This document shows positions 8,980-16,009 of a stretch of 39,507 nucleotides of DNA, in pieces (position 1 is the stretch's first letter; every line of letters begins with the position of its first letter). A program made the translations under genes and the position numbers. Source of the DNA: Candidatus Faecousia gallistercoris. Its GTDB lineage: Bacteria; Bacillota; Clostridia; Oscillospirales; Oscillospiraceae. The stretch is from contig DVKP01000202.1 of assembly GCA_018715965.1 (NCBI GenBank), positions 1 through 39,507 on the forward strand. The letters run 5' to 3'. The notes under the pieces are model-generated. The model searched no databases. It was given only the letters and a program-made list of their open reading frames with translations, and was not told the origin of the DNA.

Positions 8980-9636
8980 TCATGGGTTGTTTGATTCGGT
9001 TTCTTCCTGGACCTCTGAGACAAACGGCAGCAGCTCATGGTACAGGGTCTGTCCCTGGGCATCCAACTGCGAGGCAAGGGGCTCCAGGTCCTTCATCGCT
9101 GCCTGGAAGCCTGCTGTGTCCTCCTGATCCAAGGCTCTCTGGGCTTTCAGCAACAGCTCATAAGCCTCCACCTGCCGGTCCTTTGCCCCGTTCTGTTCCT
9201 CCAGGCTCTGATAGCTTTCCTGCAAAGCGGCATACTTCTGCTCCAGCTCCTGGATTTTGTCCTCCGCCGTTTTGAAATCCGTCCGGCTCTGCTCCAGCTG
9301 GGCCTGGAGGGTCTGACACTCCTCCGCCAGCTCCCGGTTATCATCCTGCAGCTGCTCGGCCCGGGACAAGGCGTTGTTTGCATTTTGGTTGAGCTCTGAT
9401 ATGGTCTGGCGGGAGTCTTTTTGCTGCATCAAAAAGGAAAACAGGACCAACACAAAGGCCACGCCAAATAAAATGGCAATATAGGTCATCAGCGCCTTGT
9501 TTCGATTGGGCGCCGGCGGCTCCTCCTTGTGGGGCGCCTCTTCCCCTCCGGCCGGCTGTTCCTCAATCAATTGTCCCACTTTTTCCAAGAGCTCGTGACT
9601 GGTCTTGCGGTTTTTTCTGTCTTGCCGCTTTCTCAT
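8980..9636 (-). CDS. Hypothetical single-pass membrane protein with long coiled coil
   Basis: One TM segment (YIAILFGVAFVLVLFSFL) followed by a heptad-rich E/Q/L region. ATGA overlap with the parB stop. Confidence 0.75.
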   Translation of the reverse strand: MRKRQDRKNRKTSHELLEKVGQLIEEQPAGGEEAPHKEEPPAPNRNKALMTYIAILFGVAFVLVLFSFLMQQKDSRQTISELNQNANNALSRAEQLQDDNRELAEECQTLQAQLEQSRTDFKTAEDKIQELEQKYAALQESYQSLEEQNGAKDRQVEAYELLLKAQRALDQEDTAGFQAAMKDLEPLASQLDAQGQTLYHELLPFVSEVQEETESNNP

Positions 9637-10517
9637 GGCTCTCTCTGCGCCTCCTTTGGCAAGGTTTGTAAGGCTTCATACAGCCGTTGCAGATCCTCCG
9701 GGCCGTAAAACTCCAGTTCAAAACGGCCCTTTCGTTTGCCGGTAACAATCTTCACGCCGCGGCCCAACCGGCGAGACAGGGTCTTTTCACATTCGGCCAC
9801 ATAGTTCACCTGTAACGTCCCGGTAGGCGGTTCCGGCTTGGGTTCCCGGCCCAAACTCCTGCACAGCGCCTCGGCCTGCCGCACGGAAAGATCCAGAGAT
9901 ACAATTTTTTGGGCTGCCTCCTGCCGTTTTTTTCCATCCTTCAGGCTTAAAATGGCCCTGGCGTGTCCGGGACTCAGCGCTCCGGAGCGAATCTGCTCCA
10001 ATATATCCGCCTCCAGGTTCAGCAGCCGCAGAGCATTGGCCACCGCAGGGCGAGACTTTCCCACCCGCCTGGCGGCCTCCTCCTGGGTCAGGCCGTAGTC
10101 CTCCAACAGGCTGTGATAGCCCTGCGCCTCCTCCACCGGGTTGAGATCCTGGCGTTGGAGATTTTCAATGAGCGCCAGCTCCATGGCCTGCCGGTCATCG
10201 GCCTCTATTACCAAAGCCGGAACCTCCGTCAGTCCTGCCATTCGGGCCGCCCGCCAGCGCCGCTCTCCGGCGATGATTTGGTAATAGCCGGAATGGGGCA
10301 TCTCCCGCACCGTCAGGGGCTGCAGAATGCCATGTTCCCCAATGGAGTCCGCCAAAGCCTGAAGCTCTTCTTCATTGAAATCCCGACGGGGTTGGTCCGG
10401 ATTGGGCTCTACCTTTTGTAGGGGCAGCTGCCGAAGCGAGCCGTCCGCCTCCGGGCCCTGGTTGTAGTCGCCGAGCAGAGCCCCTAGGCCTCTGCCCAGT
10501 CCTTTTTGCTGGGCCAT
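9633..10517 (-). CDS. parB: Chromosome partitioning protein ParB/Spo0J
   Basis: GLGRGLGALL, NPDQPR, IAGERRWRA (CTP-binding), ENLQRQDL and GKSRPAVAN HTH. Confidence 0.97.
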   Translation of the reverse strand: MAQQKGLGRGLGALLGDYNQGPEADGSLRQLPLQKVEPNPDQPRRDFNEEELQALADSIGEHGILQPLTVREMPHSGYYQIIAGERRWRAARMAGLTEVPALVIEADDRQAMELALIENLQRQDLNPVEEAQGYHSLLEDYGLTQEEAARRVGKSRPAVANALRLLNLEADILEQIRSGALSPGHARAILSLKDGKKRQEAAQKIVSLDLSVRQAEALCRSLGREPKPEPPTGTLQVNYVAECEKTLSRRLGRGVKIVTGKRKGRFELEFYGPEDLQRLYEALQTLPKEAQREP

Positions 10518-10521
10518 GGTC

Positions 10522-11277
10522 TCATCCTTTCTGCATCACTTCTTCCGCCAAAGCGTGATACGCCACTGCGCCGCGGCTGGTTCGGTCATAAGCTCCAACC
10601 GGCAGCCCATGACTGGGCGCTTCTGCCAGGCGGACATTCCGGGGAATGGCGGTGCGGAATACCTTGCCCGGAAAATGCCGCCGAACCTCTTGGGCCACTT
10701 GGGCCGAGAAATTGGTCCGGCCGTCGTACATGGTTAAGACGACGCCGTAAATCTCCAAGTTGGGATTGACGCGCCGCTTCACCGCCCGCAACGTCGCCAT
10801 CAAATCGCTGAGGCCCTCCAGGGCATAATATTCGCACTGCACCGGAACCAAAATGCCATCGGCCGCACACAATCCGTTTAATGTCAACAGCTCCAGGGAA
10901 GGGGGGCAGTCTACGAATATGTAGTCAAATTTCTCCTTGAGCGGCTCTAAAACCCGGCGCAGCTGATGCTCCCGGTCCTGGGCGCCGATGAGCTCCACAC
11001 CGGCGCCGGCCAATGCGCTGCCGGAGGGCAGCAGCCAGCCGAACTGCGTCTGCACCAAGACCTGCTCTGCATCCGTTCCGTTGATCAGCGCGTCGTATAC
11101 CGTTTTTCCAATCCGGCGTTTGTCCGCCCCCAGCCCGGAGGTGGCGTTGGCCTGGGGGTCAAAATCGCAGAGTAAAACCCGCCTCCCCCGTTCCGTCAGG
11201 GCGGCGGTTAAATTTACAGCCGTAGTCGTCTTGCCCACGCCGCCTTTTTGGTTTACAATGGAAATGATCCGGCCCAT
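10522..11277 (-). CDS. parA: Chromosome partitioning ATPase ParA/Soj
   Basis: NQKGGVGKTTT deviant Walker A, DPQANAT, DCPPSL, QCEYYALEG and IPRNVRLAEAPSHG. Confidence 0.97.
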   Translation of the reverse strand: MGRIISIVNQKGGVGKTTTAVNLTAALTERGRRVLLCDFDPQANATSGLGADKRRIGKTVYDALINGTDAEQVLVQTQFGWLLPSGSALAGAGVELIGAQDREHQLRRVLEPLKEKFDYIFVDCPPSLELLTLNGLCAADGILVPVQCEYYALEGLSDLMATLRAVKRRVNPNLEIYGVVLTMYDGRTNFSAQVAQEVRRHFPGKVFRTAIPRNVRLAEAPSHGLPVGAYDRTSRGAVAYHALAEEVMQKG

Positions 11278-11327
11278 CCCATGCCTCCTCCCCGGCGCCG
11301 CCTTGTTTTTCCAAAGGCACTTGGGTT

Positions 11328-11355
11328 ATTATACCACAGCGGCCCGGATTTGCAA
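11328..11355 (-). promoter_or_regulatory. Sigma-A promoter of the parA-parB-orf-serS unit
   Basis: Minus strand TTGCAA-16bp-TATAAT with a TGn extension. Confidence 0.65.
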
Positions 11356-11361
11356 CGTTTT

Positions 11362-11377
11362 TGTTTCACGTGAAACA
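11362..11377. promoter_or_regulatory. parS site
   Basis: Perfect palindrome TGTTTCACGTGAAACA, matching the established parS consensus. Confidence 0.95.
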
Positions 11378-11379
11378 GT

Positions 11380-11730
11380 TTATTCATTGGGCTGCGTCAA
11401 ATTGGTCACATAGTTCTGGCCAATGGTGGGCTTGGGCGTCAGATGCTGAGGAAGAAAAATCAGCAGGGCCGCCAAAAGGAGCGTGATGCAAGTCAGCGCC
11501 AGACAAATCCGCACCAGGACCCGTTGCCGCTTGCGCAAAATCAACAGCATTTCCTCCGCCTTTTGCGGCTTTGGCAATTTCTTCCCACGCCGCTCCAGAT
11601 CTGCAGGCGGACGTTTGGGAAGGATCACCGGTGTTTCACGTGAAACAGGATAGGCCTCCATCTCTGCCAAGCACCGGTCACAAAAAACATGGGGGGATTC
11701 AATCTCCATCCCGCATCTTAAGCAGTGCAT
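11380..11730 (-). CDS. Hypothetical zinc-ribbon protein with C-terminal TM helix
   Basis: MHCLRCG-x9-CDRC at the N-terminus, a hydrophobic segment near the C-terminus, and a GGAGG RBS. Confidence 0.7.
   Translation of the reverse strand: MHCLRCGMEIESPHVFCDRCLAEMEAYPVSRETPVILPKRPPADLERRGKKLPKPQKAEEMLLILRKRQRVLVRICLALTCITLLLAALLIFLPQHLTPKPTIGQNYVTNLTQPNE
11632..11647. promoter_or_regulatory. parS site (intragenic)
   Basis: Second perfect TGTTTCACGTGAAACA, read as VSRET inside the 116-aa ORF. Confidence 0.93.
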
Positions 11731-11895
11731 ACCTACGCCTCCAATCGTTGCTATTGTACTACAAAATAAGGCCTGCGTAAACAGGCCGGCGAAAAAAAGC
11801 TGTATGCAATCGGAAAAACAACAAAATAGAGTGGAAAATCACCAGCTCCCGTAGTATAATGAAACGGAATTCCAAAACAGCATAGGAGCAACGCC

Positions 11896-12198
11896 ATGAC
11901 AAAGGAAGCGCAATTTGCCCAAGCCTGGGCGAACTGTTGGGCGGAAATGGATGCGCTTAAAATTCCAACCGTCCGGATGCGCCGGGAGGCCGACCGCTTC
12001 GGCGCCGTTGCCGCCGCGCACCGTATTCTGTCCGGCCGCCGCTGCAGCGACGGCTTTCAGCGCCTCATACAGCTGGGTCACTGGAACCTGAGTCTGGAGG
12101 CGCTCGTTCTGCAGCCGCAGTGGGGCAGTCTGTTTCGCGATGAAGAGGCCAACGAGGCGCTCTCCCGCTTATTGGAAGCAGGCTGCCGCCTGTGGTGA
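11896..12198 (+). CDS. Small hypothetical protein
   Basis: 100-aa ORF with an AGGAG RBS and an upstream TATAAT at 11855-11860. Confidence 0.7.
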   Translation: MTKEAQFAQAWANCWAEMDALKIPTVRMRREADRFGAVAAAHRILSGRRCSDGFQRLIQLGHWNLSLEALVLQPQWGSLFRDEEANEALSRLLEAGCRLW

Positions 12199-12268
12199 GC
12201 GGTATGCCTACATTTTAATTAATTTGGTCACACCGTTCAGCCCGAAGGGGAGAAAGGAAATGATCGCC

Positions 12269-13276
12269 ATGAAGCAATATACCGTAGCCATTTTAGGCGC
12301 CACCGGCGCCGTGGGCCAGGAGATGAAACGCGTCCTGGAGGAGAGAAATTTTCCTGTGGGAAAGCTCAAGCTGCTGGCCAGCACCAGAAGCGCCGGAAAA
12401 ACGGAGACCTACTGCGGGGAGTCCCTTGCCGTTGAGGAGGCCAAGGAAAGCGCATTCCGGGGCGTGGACCTGGTCCTCGGCGCAGCGGAAAATGAGATCG
12501 CCCAGCGCTTTGCCCCGGCCATTCGCGCCGCCGGCGCCGTATTTGTCGACAACTCCAGCGCGTTTCGCCTGGACCCCGACGTCCCTCTGGTGGTTCCGGA
12601 GGTCAACCCGGAAGACGCAGCCCACCACAGCGGCATCATCGCCAACCCCAATTGTACCACCATCATCACCGTCACGGCCGTCGCCGCTCTGAACCGGATC
12701 TGTCCCATTCGTAGTATGGTCGTCAGCACCTATCAAGCCGTCTCCGGCGCCGGGGTCGCCGGCATCGAGGAGCTGCACGCCCAGGTGTCTGCCCTGGAGG
12801 CCGGGCGCCCCGTTGCGGCGCAGGCCTTTCCCCATCAAATCGCCTACAATCTAATTCCCCAAATCGGCGGTACGCAATACCGGGGCTACACCTCAGAAGA
12901 GATGAAGATGCAGAATGAAGGCCGCAGAATTCTCCATTTGCCGGAACTCTTAGTATCCTGCACCTGCGTCCGGGTCCCGGTGATACGCAGCCACTCCATT
13001 TCCGCAACCCTTCGGTTTGCACGTCCCCTGTCTGTGGAAGAGGCGCGCGCCGCCATGGAAACCGCGCCGGGCTGCCGTCTCATGGACCAGGTGGATGAGG
13101 GGATCTACCCCATGCCTTTGGACACATCCTCCCAGGATTTGGTCTATGTGGGCCGGATTCGCCCGGATCTCACCGACCCTGCCGGGCTTTGCCTGTGGTG
13201 CTGCGGCGATCAGATTCGCAAGGGCGCCGCCACCAACGCCGTGCAAATTGCGGAGCTGCTGTTCCTGGGAAAGTAA
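12269..13276 (+). CDS. asd: Aspartate-semialdehyde dehydrogenase
   Basis: GATGAVG, DNSSAFR, ANPNCTT, YQAVSGAG, CVRVPV and DQIRKGAATNAVQIAE. Confidence 0.97.
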   Translation: MKQYTVAILGATGAVGQEMKRVLEERNFPVGKLKLLASTRSAGKTETYCGESLAVEEAKESAFRGVDLVLGAAENEIAQRFAPAIRAAGAVFVDNSSAFRLDPDVPLVVPEVNPEDAAHHSGIIANPNCTTIITVTAVAALNRICPIRSMVVSTYQAVSGAGVAGIEELHAQVSALEAGRPVAAQAFPHQIAYNLIPQIGGTQYRGYTSEEMKMQNEGRRILHLPELLVSCTCVRVPVIRSHSISATLRFARPLSVEEARAAMETAPGCRLMDQVDEGIYPMPLDTSSQDLVYVGRIRPDLTDPAGLCLWCCGDQIRKGAATNAVQIAELLFLGK

Positions 13277-13277
13277 G

Positions 13278-14243
13278 CTATTTGAGGTCCCGTTTGATTC
13301 CGGCCGCGATGGCCTCTGCCTCGGCCATGGTCGCAATGTGCGAAATCCGCTCTTTGTAATAGCCGCTGTACGCCACGCCCCGAAGATACCAGGCAAAGTG
13401 CTTCCGCGCCTCCAGGCAGGCAATATGTTCCCCCTTATCTTGCCGGGCCAAGTGAAGCTGCTCCAAAGCCGTATCCATCCTGGCTGCCAAGGGTGGCCTG
13501 GGGGGAATCGGCCGCCCCTCCAAAGCGGCGTTCACCTCCTGGAAGAGCCAGGGATCGCCAAACACGCCTCGCCCCAGCATGAGAAAATCCGCTGCAGACC
13601 GCTTTTGGCACTGCACTGCGGCCTCCCCGGAAAAAATGTCTCCATTGGCAATTACCGGAATGGCAACCGCCTGCTTGACCTGACGGATGGTATCCCAGTC
13701 CGCCACGCCGGAATACAGCATGGCCCGGGTCCGGCCATGAACCGCAATCGCCTGTGCGCCCGCGCCGGCCACGGCCTGAGCCAACTCCACAACACAGAGG
13801 TTGCCCCGGTCCCAGCCCAGACGGCACTTCACCGTAACCGGCACGGAAACGGCCTTTGCCACCGCCTCGACAATCCGCGCAGCCAACGGCACGTTTTGCA
13901 TCAGCGCCGCGCCGTCTCCGTTGCGCACCACCTTGGTCATGGGGCATCCCATATTGATATCCAAGAAATCGCACCCTGAGATCTCCACCGCCAGCGCCGC
14001 CGCCTCCGCCATGATGGCGGGATCACTGCCGAAAATCTGCGCGCCCATGACAGAGCCTTCATTTCTCCGCAGCAGCGCCGCACTTTTCCTGTCCCGGTAT
14101 ACCAGCGCCCGGGAAGATACCATTTCCGTCACCGTGAGGCCGGCCCCCAGCCGTGCACAAACGGTGCGGAAGGCCCAATCCGTCACCCCCGCCATCGGCG
14201 CCAAGGCCAAACGGCCGGGAATTTCCAAATTTCCAATTCGCAG
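13278..14243 (-). CDS. dusB: tRNA-dihydrouridine synthase DusB (start either CTG 14243 or TTG 14228)
   Basis: LAPMAGVTD, DINMGCP, AVHGRT, IANGDI and EARKH motifs. Confidence 0.93.
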   Translation of the reverse strand: MRIGNLEIPGRLALAPMAGVTDWAFRTVCARLGAGLTVTEMVSSRALVYRDRKSAALLRRNEGSVMGAQIFGSDPAIMAEAAALAVEISGCDFLDINMGCPMTKVVRNGDGAALMQNVPLAARIVEAVAKAVSVPVTVKCRLGWDRGNLCVVELAQAVAGAGAQAIAVHGRTRAMLYSGVADWDTIRQVKQAVAIPVIANGDIFSGEAAVQCQKRSAADFLMLGRGVFGDPWLFQEVNAALEGRPIPPRPPLAARMDTALEQLHLARQDKGEHIACLEARKHFAWYLRGVAYSGYYKERISHIATMAEAEAIAAGIKRDLK

Positions 14244-14274
14244 AAGAATCTACCCCCAACTCGGATTTGTCTTT

Positions 14275-14303
14275 ATCATATCATAAACACGAAAAAATCA
14301 CAA
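14275..14303 (-). promoter_or_regulatory. Putative sigma-A promoter of dusB
   Basis: Minus strand TTGTGA-17bp-TATGAT with TGn. Confidence 0.55.
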
Positions 14304-14340
14304 CCAACATCGCCATACCATGCTCAAGGAGGTGTCTTTT

Positions 14341-14631
14341 ATGCCAGGTCCCGGTAGAGGTCGAATGGGCGGTCCCGGAGGCCCTCGCGGAGGTCCCGGT
14401 GGCCCTGGTGGCCCTCATGGCGGCCCCGGTGGCCCTCACGGAGGTCCCCGCGGCGGTTTTAGAGGCCCAGGCTTTGGTCGGCCAGGGTTTGGGGGACCTC
14501 CCCCCAGGCCGCCCCGCCGGTGGGGGCCGCACGGTTACCACCGCCACGGTTGTCTCGGCTGCTTCACGCTTGTGTTGACGCCGGTTCTGCTCACCGTTCT
14601 GGCTGTCGTGCTCTTTGCCATTCTCGGATGA
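14341..14631 (+). CDS. Small Gly/Pro/Arg-rich protein with C-terminal membrane anchor
   Basis: Strong AAGGAGGT RBS, GGP(G/R/H) repeats, then GCLGC and a hydrophobic tail. Confidence 0.7.
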   Translation: MPGPGRGRMGGPGGPRGGPGGPGGPHGGPGGPHGGPRGGFRGPGFGRPGFGGPPPRPPRRWGPHGYHRHGCLGCFTLVLTPVLLTVLAVVLFAILG

Positions 14632-14810
14632 GCCGGTAGTCTGCAGCGCGGAAAGCTCCCCAAATCACTGCTTGATCGGACCGTTTTCCGCAGCCTGCTC
14701 AGGCAATTTTCACAGCACATAGACGCCGGGCTGCCTCCGGTTGCGGCATCCGTCCGTACCCGGAGGCCAAAACCGTGGCGCTCTTATGACAAAAGAAAAG
14801 GACGATTGAC

Positions 14811-15293
14811 ATGAAACGACAGGATTACATCACCTGGGACGAATATTTTATGGGTGTCGCTATGCTGGCTGCCCGGCGGAGCAAGGATCCCAATACGCAG
14901 GTCGGCGCTTGCATCGTGTCACCTGAGAATATCATCATCTCCACCGGCTACAACGGTCTGCCCAACGGCTGTTCGGACGACGAATATCCCTGGGGCCGGG
15001 ATGGAAAAGAAACCAAATACCCCTATGTGGTCCACGCCGAACTGAATGCCATTTTAAACGCCAACGGCCGGGACTTAAGAGGCAGCCGCCTGTATGTCGC
15101 CCTATTTCCCTGTAATGAATGCGCCAAAGCCATCATTCAATCCGGAATTCGCGAAGTTTTATATCTGTCCGACAAATACGCCGAATCACCGGCCACCCAA
15201 GCCTCCAAGCGCATGCTGCAATCCGCCGGCGTCGTTTACCGGCAATTAAACCCCAAAACCCAGGAAATCACTTTGAATCTGTCTGGGGAATAA
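14811..15293 (+). CDS. dCMP deaminase (ComEB/deoxycytidylate deaminase family)
   Basis: WDEYFM, RSKDP, TGYNG, HAELNAI and FPCNEC zinc motifs. Confidence 0.95.
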   Translation: MKRQDYITWDEYFMGVAMLAARRSKDPNTQVGACIVSPENIIISTGYNGLPNGCSDDEYPWGRDGKETKYPYVVHAELNAILNANGRDLRGSRLYVALFPCNECAKAIIQSGIREVLYLSDKYAESPATQASKRMLQSAGVVYRQLNPKTQEITLNLSGE

Positions 15294-15428
15294 TTGGAAT
15301 ATGGCGGGGGAAAATAGAGCAGAGCCGTTTTGCTTTCAGAAAGATCACTTCTACTGCTTTGCCGGCCTGTCCCCAGCCGAAGCCGTTCTACATCGTTGAG
15401 GAGAATTGTGAAAATCTCAAAATTTTCC

Positions 15429-15457
15429 TTTACAATTGAAATAGCTTATGATATAAT
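15429..15457 (+). promoter_or_regulatory. Sigma-A promoter of rpsO
   Basis: TTTACA-17bp-TATAAT with TGn. Confidence 0.75.
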
Positions 15458-15581
15458 GGAAAAGCTGGCTGTAGCCAGATTCCCATATTTCGCCCGCCGC
15501 TCAGTTTCGGGATACCGCCGACGGCACTCCACTGGCCCATTCTTAGCTGCCGGGCAAATTACGTGAAAGGTGGAACCAAAC

Positions 15582-15848
15582 ATGATTCAGAAAGAAAAGA
15601 AAACCCAAGTCATTGCCGAATACGCAACCCATGAGGGGGACACCGGTTCTCCCGAGGTGCAGATCGCCATTCTCACCGCCCGGATCAACGAGCTCACAGA
15701 GCATCTTCGGGTTCATAAGCACGACAACCACAGCCGCCGGGGCCTTCTGATGATGGTCGGTAAGCGCCGTAATTTGCTGGATTACCTGGCAAAGAAAGAT
15801 ATCAACCGGTACCGCGCCGTAATCGCCAAGCTGGGCATCCGGAAATAA
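15582..15848 (+). CDS. rpsO: 30S ribosomal protein S15
   Basis: [25 protein letters not shown] and LGIRK. Confidence 0.98.
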   Translation: MIQKEKKTQVIAEYATHEGDTGSPEVQIAILTARINELTEHLRVHKHDNHSRRGLLMMVGKRRNLLDYLAKKDINRYRAVIAKLGIRK

Positions 15849-15857
15849 CGTAAAAAG

Positions 15858-15884
15858 AAAGGGCGGCTTTTGTCGCCCTTTTTT
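15858..15884 (+). terminator. Rho-independent terminator after rpsO
   Basis: AAAGGGCGGC-TTTT-GTCGCCCTTT followed by a T run. Confidence 0.8.
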
Positions 15885-15902
15885 AGATTTCCTTTTCTGT
15901 GC

Positions 15903-15969
15903 GGGAGACATTTAGCAGTTGAAAGCGCCGCTGAAGCGTTCGGCGGTGGTTTCAAGTGCTAAACCTCCC
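15903..15969 (+). promoter_or_regulatory. Long imperfect stem-loop in the pnp leader (putative RNase III site)
   Basis: GGGAG..TTTAGCA.TTGAAA..GCCG pairs with CGGC..TTTCAA.TGCTAAA..CTCCC. Confidence 0.65.
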
Positions 15970-16009
15970 AACCAGAGTCCAAATTATCACATGTAGGAGG
16001 TCGCTTTCC

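Noticed and set aside
8969-9000. T-box leader for serS
   Set aside because: Only 10 nt separate serS from the upstream ORF and no T-box motif is visible.
14360-14500. GGP-coding repeats as a CRISPR or VNTR array
   Set aside because: They are short, degenerate, in-frame coding repeats without unique spacers, and no cas genes are present.
15301-15399. 32-codon ORF MAGENRAEPFCFQKD... after the dCMP deaminase gene
   Set aside because: No convincing RBS or motif; cannot be supported from sequence alone.
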